Below, piece after piece: positions 24,293 to 39,100 of a stretch of DNA of 64,000 nucleotides. Each line of letters opens with the position of its first letter. The stretch's first letter is position 1. The DNA comes from Eledone cirrhosa (taxonomy: Eukaryota), in the NCBI GenBank assembly GCA_964016885.1, contig OZ024740.1, positions 319,486,001 through 319,550,000 of the forward strand. The letters are read 5' to 3'. Below the pieces are notes generated by a model. The model worked only from the letters and a program-made list of their open reading frames with translations, did no database searches and was not told where the DNA came from. Both the position numbers and the translations under genes were made by a program.

Positions 24293-24582
24293 AGCCAATG
24301 ATTTTCCAGCTTGGTATTTAGATTGGTTAGTCAACGATGCGTGTAAGTGTGTATAAATGCACATTCACACACACACATTAACCCACACATATACATATAC
24401 TAACACACACACATACATTCATTAACACGCAAACACACACAGTAATACACACGCATACATACATTAACACACACACACACATATACATACATTAACACAC
24501 AAACACACTCATATATACATTAACACATAAACACACACATTAACACACTTACACACACACCACACAACACACACACACACGC

Positions 24583-25695
<1,113 letters not shown>

Positions 25696-26146
25696 GTGTG
25701 ACATTTCTATTAAGGCATTTATGTTTCCATCCTTTGGAGAAGGAAATCTTTTCTTCGATATATCATGAGATATAAGGTAAAAGTATGGTTGTTTTCTTAT
25801 GTTTTTACTTTACACTATTCTAGTTTACAGTATTACATTTCAAATTTGCACTGTACCAGCTTTCTCTAAACAGTCGTAACCTCATATATTACAATCCATC
25901 TTATAAATTAATGTATTGTGTTTTTTTAAAAAGACAATCATCACTGTGATAGTCACACTACAAGGGTTAATATGAAGGTGTAACATGTTATTGTCCATAA
26001 GCATAATGTTTTGACTTGCTAGAATACTACTGAATCTCACTGAAATATAAATATCTGTCTTCCATGTTCTTGTCATCATTTCCTTGCAAATAGTCTGTCA
26101 ACGACTTGTAAACGTTACAAATAGCAGATTATAAGTGCATAGGCAA

Positions 26147-26244
<98 letters not shown>

Positions 26245-27061
26245 ATACAATAACAGAGATAGCTTAATGCTAAACTCCGACTGGTAACCATCTCACTCAA
26301 CAAACATTAGGTTATATGTTAGTATAACCGAATTTAAGTGTTTGGGGTGCTAACTATATGTATTTTGTGGAAAGCCAGTTGTATTATTTTATGAGATATA
26401 ATTAAAGTTAAAATATATCTCTCTTTCCAAACAATTGTTTCATTATAAGTTTTCTACAAGTTGGGAGAATGTTTCCAGTTTATGTAGAAGCCTAACATAT
26501 ATTCATGTAAGAATATATTTAGGTGGGCACTTATAAATCTTCAGTGGAAGCCCATTAAACTTTGAAATAAGAAAAAATTCTTACCGCAGTTAAAAATCGT
26601 GTCCGCTAAGCTGCTCCCTCACGCAGCGAATGACCGCCAAATTTGAAATTCAGCAGTTTTTTGACTGAGGAAGTTTCATAGCGTCACGAAGCGGGAAAGG
26701 GAGACAACCATGACACGAGAAAAGAAAAAAATAATATACACTCGGGTTAATTAGTTTTTTCAAAAGCATTATCAATCCAACGTGTTAAGAACTCAATTGA
26801 AATTAAAAAAATAAATGTATGCGTGTATTAATTACACACCAATATAGATATTTTCTTAGGCTAAAAACAGAGGTGATACCAAAATAACAAACCACATCAC
26901 ATCACCGCAGCAAATACTGAAGGTTACGCTTTAAAGGCAATTGGGAATGTAAATCTCTGGCCAAATTAAGAGTAAAATATTTAATACACGCGGGTTAATT
27001 AGTTATATAAAACTATTATCTATTCCACGTGTTAAGAACTCAATTAATTAAAAATATATAT

Positions 27062-27117
<56 letters not shown>

Positions 27118-27299
27118 TATGTTTACGAGCTTTTGTATATATCAATTATATATATATATATACAATATATTAACAAATGGAAACTATATTTCTAAAACCA
27201 TATTTATTTCATTATACATATTTCAAAAATGTGTTGTGTGCTTTATATCAGTTATAAAAATATTTGCTTGTTGTATCCCAACAAATTAAATATAACTTC

Positions 27300-27437
<138 letters not shown>

Positions 27438-27539
27438 CTTATTTAGGCGTATATATGTATGTGCGTATTTGTATGTGTGTATATATATATTTTCAAACAC
27501 TCACACACGCACTGTCCTAAAGGTCATTATTTTAACTTT

Positions 27540-27912
27540 GGCAGTGGATTGGCAGTATCGGTAGAGGATCGGACGCCATGCTTTGACGCATAGAGTTACG
27601 GCCCTTGCCATTCTGAGTTCAAATCCTGCCGAGGTTAACTTTGCCTTTCATCCTTATGGGGTCGATAAAATAAAGTACTAGTAATACACTGGGTAATTGC
27701 TGGCCTTGTGCCAAAAGTAGAAACAATTATTTTAACTTTGGCAGTATCGGTAGAGGGTCAGACGCCATGCTTTCCAGCATAGTTACGTCCCTTTACGATC
27801 TGAGTTCAAATCCCGCCGAGGTTGACTTTGCCTTTCATCCTTACGGGGTCGATAAAATAAAGTACCAGTAATGCACTAGGTATTTGCTGGCCTTGTGTCT
27901 AAAGTAGAAACA
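27540..27912 (+). mobile_element. Two tandem SINE family 1 copies
   Basis: Copies at 27540-27727 and about 27739-27912, with ATTATTTTAACTTT-like sequence at the junctions. Confidence 0.85.
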
Positions 27913-28147
27913 ATTATTTTAACTTTAACGAAAAAACAAAAGCAACGATTATGTACACAAAAATAGCGTCTTCGTATACTAACTTTGTGAAGAGATTCCT
28001 ACAAGAAAAATTATATCATGAATTAGAGACAACATTTGGCAAAAGAATACATTATTGGGAAGAAGGAAACTTTCGCGATGACTGCTTTTGGGAATAAATG
28101 AAAAGGGGAACTACAAACATTTTACTTTTTAAACACTCTCCACTCAG

Positions 28148-28430
28148 CCATGTGGCCTAGTGGTAAGGGTGTTGGACTTACGATCATCATATCGTAGGTT
28201 CAATTCCTGGACTGGGTTGTGTGTTGTGTTCTTGAGCAAAACACTTCATTCCATATTGCTCCAGTATATTCAGCTGAAAATCAGTACCGGCAATAGCTGG
28301 GGGTTTAACCCTGCGGTGGATTGGAATCCTGTCCAGGAGGAAGTCTTGTACTCTCAGTCACTTAACCCCATGGAAACTAGGATAAGCACTGGCCTGATGA
28401 GCATCCAGGCTTGAGACAGACTTTAGACTA
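28148..28430 (+). mobile_element. SINE family 2
   Basis: tRNA-like head TGGCCTAGTGGTAAGGG...GGTTCAATTCC. Homologous to 15369-15642, including the AGACTTTAGACT end. Confidence 0.8.
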
Positions 28431-28869
28431 CCTAGCCATTAGATTCTCAATATAAACCAGTGAAGAAGAACTAACATTTTTTAAACATTCTCATAAAATT
28501 ATGTAACACCCAAATTACAACCTCTGTTGATTCTTTTAAATCAGTACATATTAAAATGGCGGTAATCGTAAACTGGAATGAGGGTGTTCATTGGTTGATT
28601 TAGAAGCCGTTGTAATAGTATAATACATCGACAATAGATCTTTCCGGCCATATGGTTGTCATTATGGCGCCGCGGTGTCTACTTTCTCAGAACGGTTGCT
28701 GATCAGCGACATCATCAGTAAATAAAATATTTTGACTATCTGATTTTGATGTCTCTGCAGGGTCAATGAGTGCTTCTTTTAATGATTTCCGCCGTTGCTG
28801 ATAGTGTTGGTGGAGGGAGGAGGAAGAGAAGTTTATCCGGTGCATATAATTTAACTGATTGGTGCCAAT

Positions 28870-29150
28870 CGACAGTTAGCAGAGGAAGAGGTAATTTCAG
28901 TATTTTGGTTATGTCATCAGAGCCCAAAATTTGACTGCCCACATCCTTGAGGGACGAATACAGGGGAAAAGGGCCAGGGAACGACAGAAAATAAGATGGT
29001 CAGATTATATTAAGTAATGGATATGAAGGAGTTTGGAGGAATGTACGGCAATGGCAAGAGACAGGAAAAGATGGAGAGTGCTGATCGATAAGTTTATGAT
29101 CCCCCAACCCTTAGATATGAGGATGGAATGAGGCTATGATAGTTCTTTTG
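28870..29150 (+). mobile_element. RTE-like LINE 3' remnant
   Basis: Translates HILEGRIQGKRARERQKIRWSDYIK. Confidence 0.55.
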
Positions 29151-29349
29151 ATATACATGCTCGTTTGAGAAGATGGGATGTCCGCCGTACATATGCTCAA
29201 GTCCAGGTGGAACTAAAGTGGCCTTTGCTGAATATCTGGTGCCAGTGGCTTCAGGTTGGCTATTAGGGCATTTTTCCCGAGACAACAAAATATTGTCAAT
29301 TTTCCTGTTGATTGATATCAGCAACGTGTGCTGTGTCACATGGGAGACA

Positions 29350-30330
29350 AAGTAACCAGTTGTAGCCCTCCAAACGGTAAAACATTGATGCCATATCCAA
29401 GATACATGTTTTAATGTCGGGCTTGTTGTTCCCGAAGTTTAGCAGTCACCAGATGAAACTAGATAAGGAGGTGGAGTTTGCCATGTTCCTATACCAAAAT
29501 CAGTTCATATGTTAATAAATCTGACCTTAAAATGATTCGCAATTAAGCCTGCATTGGATACAAACTATTGGTGTGAGTGTGGCTTTATAGACCACAGCTT
29601 ATGAGACACATGATAGCCTAAGGGGACAGTTGGTTGTATTGCAGCAGTTAAAAGTTGCTGCGTGTGGATTGGGGTGATGTGGGTGCGTGTCTCTCTCTGT
29701 TGTAATGTGCGATGCTGAATGCGATGCTAACTAGAGATGAGTAACTACTCTTAACTTTGAGTTGTGGATATGAGGAAAGTATCATCCAATAAAGGACAGG
29801 GAGAGTTTAGCTATGTTTGTTGATATGTCTAGGTATAAAGGAAGATAAAACCAAATTAGGTTTCTTGTCCTGACTTTCTTTGTATACCAGCTTTTCATTA
29901 AAGCCACTTTTTGCCAGTGCCTCATTGTAATGCAATGGAGTTCTGCAGAAAATATCTTTGTCAGAGATAACTTACAGATTCTTCTGCTGATTCTGTTCAT
30001 TAGATTTCTAACCATAGTTGGGGTTAGTTGGAGTTCATAGGTATCTACATTATTTCCTCATTAGCCTTCTTTTAGGGATAGTGTTTGCTTGTTTTGAAGC
30101 CCAGCCTGATGTTCAGAAACTCTACATTTGTTACATTAGGGGTAAACATGATGCTTAAACAGAATTCTTTGAAGATCCTTATCAGATCGCTCTTGAACCT
30201 GTCCATGGCATGGTCATTCATTTGGCTTGAGTTTGTCAGACAGTTGTTTTGTATAGGGTTGAACTATGGGGATGCATTCGTGTTTTATGGGTGTCTAAAA
30301 TAAATAAATCAAGGACGTCAACAACGCTAA
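29350..30330 (-). mobile_element. Decayed Penelope-like element (RT thumb to GIY-YIG C-terminus)
   Basis: Minus-strand fragments FKSDLIRIFKEFCLSIMFTPNVTNVEFLNI and STSLSSFIW resemble PLE RT and endonuclease regions. Confidence 0.55.
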
Positions 30331-31590
30331 ACCTGTCATAAGACCCCGTGGATACGTTGAACAGTGGGTCCCTTGCCTAGTTGTCATTAAACCATTCCTT
30401 ATGACTGGTTGTGGCATATTCTAATGTTTTTCAGGATAGCATTGAAAAATCTCATCCAGAAGCACTTCCCGTGTTGTTATATCTTCGATACTGGATAAGC
30501 GATTCTCCACAGCAGAATCGTATATTTCTTCCGGGTATTCAATTACTGAATAATACTAACTGTACCACTTCATTTTCTCGCCTTAAGTATTATCCAAAAC
30601 TTTGGTTTCACTGAACTATATCACCCGTTCAACACTTTGAAACATGAACAGACATGACATCACAGATGTCAAGCTTGCGAATGTTATAAACCTTTCATCA
30701 CGGTCATATACGTATTTAGTGATCATCTTTATACGAAATATGAGAAATGGAACTATAAAGGCCATATTCTTCAATCTCTGCCATTTGAAAATGGGTAGAA
30801 ACTAGGCATCAGGATGGAAATCCCTAGGGGAGAAACATTCTTATAACAAGTGGAAACTGATGTACTCGTACCCAGAGAAAACCTATACAATCAAAATATC
30901 AGCCCTATTCACAGAAATATCGGAAATTTATGTTTTATTTCTTCGATCCTAATAAGACAATACTTACCTGTTTGTTAAGGGAAAGCACATTTGGAAATAA
31001 TGCAATGAAGCTTTTAGAAGATAAAACTGATCACCTTAAGATGATCCATTCAGATCAGTAAAATGAATTTAAAAATAGATTTTTATGACATTGTATAGAA
31101 GGCTTGGCAAACATCCAGCCTTAATGTCTTTTCTTAAGTCATCATCTCACATTCAAAGGAGACATGAAGGCCTCTCACACAACAAAAAGAAATAGGAATT
31201 CCCCATAATATTGGAGAACATATTATTACGCTAGCTGTAAAGGTATTCATAGAAAATGTTATGAAAAGGTATTCTGAACTTATTTTTAAGGCTATTCCTT
31301 GGAGTAACAATATATAGTAATGCCATACTTATGAGACTGCTGTAACTGTTGAAAAGATGATAACTTTGGAACTTCAATAGTGTAAGTTTTTTTTTTCTAC
31401 AGCTAAATGGATCAACGTTGAAAGGTTTTAATATTCTCATGAGTCATTTAAAATACTGCTTCTCAGGATAAACGAGCATAGTTGATTACTCTGTCTTTGC
31501 AAAATATATAAAACCGAAATGATTTTCTGTTTTGAGAAGAGTATTTGAGAAAACTACTCTTCCACTTAATAATATTACGATAGTATGGGT

Positions 31591-31783
31591 AGTGGTTTGG
31601 CAGTATCGGTTGAGCGTCTGACAACATGCTTTATGACATAGAGTTACGGCCCTTTACGATCTGAACTCAAATCCTGCCAAGGTTAGCTTTGCCTTTAATC
31701 CTTATGGGGTCGATAAAATAAAGTACCAGTAACGAACTTTCCCCTTCCTCAAAATTATTGGCCTTGTGCCAAAATCACAAACC
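31591..31783 (+). mobile_element. SINE family 1
   Basis: Matches the family consensus. Confidence 0.8.
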
Positions 31784-32286
31784 AATAAAATTACGATAGT
31801 TGCTTCTATTGCACTTGAGTGCTAGGTGGTGATGTTAAATTGAGCGATGGATTAAGTCTACCAACCAAGTAGATTAGAAAAGAAAACACATGGACACGAA
31901 ATTCTTCAATGAGAAGTAAAAAGACAAAATAGAAAAACGCAATTTTGGGGGTGAAGAGAAAGGAAAGACAAAATAAATGAGAGAAGAGGCAATTCTGTCA
32001 AATTAAGTGGAGGTAAGCGTTTCAGAGAGAGAAAGAGGCGAAGTTAGACAGAGAGGGGGGCGGGGAGAGACAGAGAGAGAGAGAGGGGGCAGAAGGGAGG
32101 CAGAGACAGAGAAAAAAGAAATAAATAAAGAATGACAGCAAGAGGTGAAGAAGTAAAACGTATTCATTTAGCACTGTGGTGTCAGCGGAGAAAAAGTGAT
32201 AGCCACACAAAAAAGTGTTGCGGGAGTAAACATACGCTCAGACTATATTGCAATATATATATATAGAGAGATTCACACACAGACAC

Positions 32287-32317
<31 letters not shown>

Positions 32318-32968
32318 TGTATGTATGTATGTATGTATGTATGTATGTATGTATGTATGTATGTCAGTTCACCAGTTGGTGCTACTGGTAACATGTATCA
32401 CAGTACAACCTGTCTCATGGTCGGGCCGTTGGCGACTAAACTGGCAACCCCACCAAGGTTTCTTGGTGAGGAGGGTGACTTCGGACATCCTGCAAGACTA
32501 AAGACAAAACCTGTCAAAGGACAAAGGAGCTCTTAAGAGTCAATGGCCATCCAAAATCACCGGGAGAGATGACCCCTTAGCCTTTGTCAAGGCAGAATTC
32601 TAGGAGAAGGAAAACTCTGATATAACACCTGCAACCCTGATGGTATCCAATGATGTTGACTTGTTCTTCTTTTTGGTAAATATCATCTTGGTTAAGAGAG
32701 TGGGACTGACTTTGTGCAATGCCTTTGCTCACTATAAAAGCTTCACGGCACAGGCATTGCTTTATATCTGGAGACCTCTCTGCACTTGTCATCACATGGT
32801 ACCATGGGCCCAGCACTATGTGTCAATAATTGTCACAAGTGTTTTCAAGTCGTTGGCTGGACTAAAAAGTCACACTTGTTCAGCGCATCGGTAGGGGTTC
32901 TCCTACATGGATATAAAGTAGTGGCCGTACTCGAAAACGAGTTGGCAGCCACCATGTATGTATGTATG

Positions 32969-33017
<49 letters not shown>

Positions 33018-33793
33018 TTATGTGTGTACGCTTAAAGGTTTCAGTGTTCTTTAGTGATTCAGATAAACTGTTGCCTAAGCAACTTGTAAAAATGTGTTGC
33101 AACTCTGTGAGTGATCAGCTTTTATCTTGGTAACAACAACACCACCACCACCACCAACACCAACAGCAACACTAACAACAACAACAACACCACCACCAAC
33201 AACAACAACAACAGCAACAACAATAAGAAAACAGACTATATAGGAAAATAAATATTGACGAACACGCATAAATAATACATAAAACGAACAACAATAAGTG
33301 TGAAATTACCAAGAAAATCGAAAACGGATATCTTTAAAGGATAAATAACATTAATTTAGTCGGAAATCATTGCAATACATAATTTCACGAAAAGTACTTA
33401 ACAACTGAAAAATGTCTCGTTTTTGTCTTTCTAGTTCTGACCATGTTCACTAAGTACATTTATTCTAGTCTAGATTTGAATGTATGTATATAAGGAATTA
33501 CATATATACACTGACAGTTATTTTGATATCTTTTACATTTGAAGTAAGCAGACTTTAAGTTTTATGAGATGCGCCAAGAGTGTAGTATACAGTATAAGAG
33601 TAAAACAACAAAATATGGTGGAGTAGTCGGGGGAAGGGCGGAGTCAAAAATATATAGTTGCACTTTCTCTTACCATTTAGTCCTTCATAATTCCCCCTAT
33701 CTCATACATACACACACATACACACATATATATATATATACACACATATATATATATACACACCAATATATACATATATATACACACACAGCC

Positions 33794-33825
<32 letters not shown>

Positions 33826-33927
33826 ATAATATATATATATACACCCATAAATATATTTATATATACACCCCCATATATACATATATATACACACAGCCAT
33901 CTATATATATGTGTGTGTGTATATATA

Positions 33928-33960
<33 letters not shown>

Positions 33961-34195
33961 CACCCATAAATATATTTATATATACACACCCATATATATA
34001 TATATACCATTCTTTTATGTATATGTCCTTCTCAGTCGATTGTTCTCTCTTTGACTATTTCTCTAATTATATCTCTCCTTCAGATTATGTCTACTACTCT
34101 CTTCCTTTTTGTTCTATCTCACTAGCTCTATTTCTCTATTTTCTCCAAAATATGTTCGCTACTCTCTTTGATCTATTTATATTTCTGCTTCAAAT

Positions 34196-34309
<114 letters not shown>

Positions 34310-35499
34310 CTATTATTATTCTATCTTCATCTCATCGTCCCTCTCTTTTTCTTCCTCATTATTATCCCATTATTTACACCCACTTTTCTTTCATTATCTT
34401 CGAGAAGGATGCACCTTTCAACAAATAGCCAGACAAATGGGAGAAAGTGCAATAAAACTCCGCTCAGAGGAGGTTTGTTAAATCTCTAAAGAACGTGATA
34501 CATTGAAAACTGAAAAGAACAAAAAAAACATACAAAGTGAAACAAGTGAGCAGGCTAAATGACACATCATTAGATTAACTCTGACTGACCGTCAGACCAC
34601 ATAAAAAGAAATACGGAAAGACTTTAGTAGCTGGTGAAATTAGTTTAAGCGATGTAATTGTAAGGCGCAGATACATTGGTAGACGGCATAAAACAATAGG
34701 ACGTGATTTCATCCGTCAATTTTGAAGCCTTTGCCAGCAGTGCTTTTTGAAGGGTAACCATTGGTTCTTGCTGGTGTTGCTTTTTTTTTGGAGAGGGCAG
34801 GAGGCTTTTTGTCATTTTTAATCCATCGGGTCAGTAAGCTTTCATGAGACTTCTGCTACCACAGGTTTAACAATTGAGACCTCTGCCCTGTACCATCGGC
34901 CATCGTGATGGAAATTATTTGTCCATGATGAAGAATAACTGTTAAATGGTCATTTGGTCATTAGAGGGCACATGTCCATACCGAACGCCTCCCTATGATA
35001 TCATTTTTCGTGACTTCTCCTCTTGCCCACTCTCACTCACGTTCATATTGCTCCACCAAAGCTGGAGTTGATATATCTATTAATTTCCTTGGCACTCTGA
35101 TACCTTTCTTTTGTACTAAGCCATGTATTAAGCTATGAGCGGGTATTTCGTGAATTATCTCTGCCCCACGTTCCGCGTCGACCGCGGTCTTAAAAAGCAG
35201 GAATTATTTAAGTCAAAGAATGAAATACTTCTCCGTGTGTTACCTCGAGATTCCTTCAATTGGTCTCTTGGAAATATATCAAAAACCACTCCACTTTTTA
35301 CACCAGCTCTTTCCTATTTCTTTGTAATATATTCGTCTTTGTGTTTTCTATGTTTTGTTGAAATATTTCGATTTTGCTTCAAGAGATCTGATCTGTGGCA
35401 CCATTATATCAAAAATAAAAAAATAAAAAAAACGATGGAAATTCAACGAAGCCGAATTTTAAAAAAAATAATAATAATATTAATTAAAAAAAGTAAAAT

Positions 35500-38400
35500 A
35501 AAAAATAATGAAATTATTGTGCACTACAACTCGTCAAAGGTGCATGTATAGTACATAGAATAATTGTTTATACTTTTGGCACAAGGCCAGCAATTACCCA
35601 GTGCATTACTGGTACTTTATTTTATCGACCCCGTAAGGATGAAAAGCAAAGTTAACCTCGGCGGGATTTGAACTCAGACCATAAAGGACCGTAACTCTAT
35701 GCTGCAAAACATGGTATCCGACTCTCTACCGATACTGCCAATCTACTGCCACTCTCTACCGATACTGCCAATCCACCGCCTGTACATAGAATAATGTACA
35801 AATGTCAGGAAAGTGAACAGTGTATGAGTCATGAAATACATGTGTGCGTGTGTATGGAGGGGGGATTTCAGGTGTAGTGTTGGCGAATTTCAGGAAGTAT
35901 GGAGGTTTTAAAGGATGCAGTGTCTCAGGAGCTAACAACTGATGCAGGTAATTTGTTCCATGCTTCAGCAACTCTGAAAGTGAAAAGATGTTTTCGAAAG
36001 TAATGGGAGCTGTGCTGTTTTCTGACTTTGTAGGCATGTCCACGTGTGTTAGACACATGGAATTCAAAAAGGTGCTCAGGGTTGTTGTTGGTGGAGATGG
36101 TTATTAATTTTGTGGGTGTTTACCAAGTCATTTGCCAGACGTCGGAGCTTCAATGTATCCATGCCCAGGGAAGCAAGGTGTTCAGAGTATGGTAGATGCC
36201 CGATAGAGGGTATTCGCTTGGTTGCACGTCTCTGAACAGTTTCCAGGAGATCAATATTCTGAGCAAGATAAAGGTTCCAGACTGGTGATGCTAATTCTAA
36301 GTGTGGCCGCACCATAGCTATATACAGCTTTAAATAGATAGCTGGTGAGCGGCTGACAAAGGTCTTGCTGAGTGATGCCAAGACACCGTCGGCCTTCTTG
36401 ACAATTTTAGAGATGTGCTTTGTCCAACGCAAATCGCTGCTGACCGTAATGCCCAGGTCACATTCACAAGAAGACTTCTTGATATTAGTGTTGTGGAGGG
36501 AGTATGTGGACGGTGGGTTTTTTCCTCTCAAAATGCATGGTGGTTCGCTTGTCCACAGCCAGCTTGAGTTGCCAGTCCATGATCCATTGCTGCATTGTGT
36601 CCAAGTCTGATTGCAGGAAAGATCTAGTGTTCAGGATCTGTCCTTTTTATCTCAAGGTACAGCTTGATGTCATCTGAATATTTCAGTTTTGTTGCATTTT
36701 TAAGTTGCCATCTATGTCATTTATAGATGCCACAAACAAAAGGGGATCAAGAACATATCCCTGTGGTACACCAGATGACATCTCATACGGTGAAGAATGC
36801 TATCCTAGAGCTGTGACTACCTCTCTTCACACCCATTGCAGAAAGTTTTGCCATAAGTCTTTTGTGTGGCACAGAATTAAAAGCCTTAGCAAAGTCAAGG
36901 TAAACAACATCCACCCATGAGCCGCCATCACTGATCCGGGTGATGTCTTCAAGAAACTCGAAAAGTTGACCACAGCAGCTGGAGTTAGGGATAAATCCAA
37001 ATTGCGAGGGCCGGATAAGACTGACACAGGATTCCATCAGTTTGGCAATGCACCTAGTAAGACTGACTGGACGATAGTTGACAAACGACGTGCGGTCACC
37101 CTTTTTGAACAGTGGAATGAAACTGGCAGTCTCCCACTGCTCCGGAGTAGCACCGTTGTTAAGACAGAATTGAAAGAAGAGTGATAGCTGGTGCAGAAGG
37201 AAGTACCCTCTACGTTTATTCATAAGGTGACGTCGCAGCATTGCAGGTGTAAATTCCATAGTTGTAATAGCATTTGATGTCAGAGGTAGTGGAAATGGTA
37301 CATATTGGTTTTCAACAGTGAAAATGCCTGCATAGCATTCAGCAATGAGTTCTGCGCATTTTTTGGGGTCGTCAGTAATCTGGCTTGTGTGGGGATTGCA
37401 AAGAGGACCAACAATAGTGTGAGGACACTGCTTTGAATGTACATATTTCCAGAACACCTTACTGTCAGGGTTGGTTGCTATGCATTGTTCAAATTTGAAC
37501 AGTGTCTTTTTTGTCACCTGCTTGAGATGGTTGGATGATTTATTTCCCTTTTTTCTATTGATATCTGATTTATGCAGTTTGTATTCACGTTCAGCATTAC
37601 GACGTTCCTTCCTAGCAAGTCAGAGCGCTGCAGTCTCCCAAATTGCACGTTTGGGATGTTTTTTCTGCTTACGTGGTACTGAAGCTGCACATGCTGTCCA
37701 TATTGAGTTCAGGATGTTCTGAAGTATAGTGTTCACATCTCCAGAGTCGTAAAATTCAAGCCAGTTTGGGCGTTGCAGCTCGGTGCAGTAATAGTTCCAG
37801 TCTGCTTTATTCCAGGCAAAGTGAGCAGTTTGGAGATGGTTGTGGTTGTTGTTACTGCCCACGAGGGACAGATTGGCCATGATCATAGTATGGTCAGAGT
37901 CACCTAAAGGTTCCTCAGTGGTAATACTAATAACCGTTTCAGGAGTAGTGGTAAAGAGTAGATCCAAAGTGTTGTCACCTCTTGTTGGAGATGTGACTAC
38001 TTGGGACCAATTCGAGTCCAGTACTAGCTCAAGGAAATCATTTGCACTTTGCGGCCAACGAAAGGTTTCCCAATAAATCTCAGGGTGATTGAAGTCCCCT
38101 GCAATAAAAACATAAGTGGTTGTTCCTGGCTGCAGCTCTGAGGATATCAAAACGCTGAGTGTCCTGATGGTAATTTGGTGGGGCAGTAAACGACTCCAAG
38201 CAGTGTTGACATGGTCATATATATATCGCAGAAAAATACTTCTTGCTGAAATTGGTTCAAATCAACACAAGGAATTGCTGAAAAGTTTGAACGAATGTAG
38301 ACCATCACACCACCACCACAACGATTAATGCGGTCTTTGCGTAACAAGTTGTAGCCAGCTATGCTGAAAACCCCATTACAGAGTAAGGAATGTGCCCATG

Positions 38401-38560
38401 TTTCCGTGACTGTAATGAAATCAGGGTCAATACTTTTGATGTAAGAATCAAAAAGATGTATCTTGTTGCTTAGACTACGAGAATTTAAGGACAACAATTT
38501 GTACCTTGATTTCAGTTTATGAAGATGTGCAGGGGATGGCAGGTTGTTCTGATTTAGTTT
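35500..38560 (-). mobile_element. CR1/L2-group LINE ORF2 (APE endonuclease plus RT), degenerate
   Basis: APE motifs SLNSRSL, TETW, GGGV, GDFN and SDH. RT motifs NYRPVSL, QFGF and YLDFAKAFNSVPH. C-terminal DLGI...RPHLE.ASPVW...LETVQRRATK. The 3' UTR is interrupted by a SINE. Confidence 0.9.
35565..35781 (-). mobile_element. SINE family 1 with a duplicated 5' head and a 14-bp TSD
   Basis: TSD GTACATAGAATAAT at 35551-35564 and 35782-35795. The head segment CTCTCTACCGATACTGCCAATC occurs twice. Confidence 0.88.
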
Positions 38561-38689
38561 CCCAGAGTTTTTTCAGTTTTTTAATAAAGTGACGTTTTCC
38601 TCCAAACTGACAACACATATACTTTTCCACGTTTAAATAATAAAAAAAGAGGTGATTCAAGGATACACCTAAAAGGGTGTCAGAGAATT

Positions 38690-38880
38690 ACAAAGCAGCC
38701 ATGCAATAAATCAACGTTAATCGACTAGATATATTGGTCAAATATCAATAGGAATGTCTTCCGATATATCAGTCCCAGCAGATGACAATATATCCATCAA
38801 AGAAATGGAGAAATTATCTAAATATAAAGATTTGGAGATAGAAATAACCTGAATGTACATCATGAAAACAGAAACAATCG
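38690..38880 (+). mobile_element. R4/Dong-like RLE LINE C-terminal fragment
   Basis: Translates DISVPADDNISIKEMEKLSKYKDLEIEI. A further decayed piece lies at about 47330-47800. Confidence 0.65.
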
Positions 38881-38887
38881 CTATAAT

Positions 38888-39099
38888 GGTTTCTGATTTT
38901 AGGCACAAGGTCAACAATTTGGGGGAGGGGAAAAACGATTAAATAGGCCTCAGTGCGTGACTGGTACTTTATTTTATCGACCCCGCAAGGATGAAAGGCA
39001 AAGTTAACCTCGGCGAAATTTGAACTCAGAATGTAAAGGGACGTAACTATATGCTGCAAAGCATGCATGACGCTCTACGGATAATACCATTCCACCGCC
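38888..39099 (-). mobile_element. SINE family 1
   Basis: Matches the family consensus. Confidence 0.8.
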
Positions 39100-39100
39100 C

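Noticed and set aside
30700-31420. Faint RT-like remnants (also 32364-32955 and 34500-35130)
   Set aside because: Too decayed to assign a clade or boundaries by eye.
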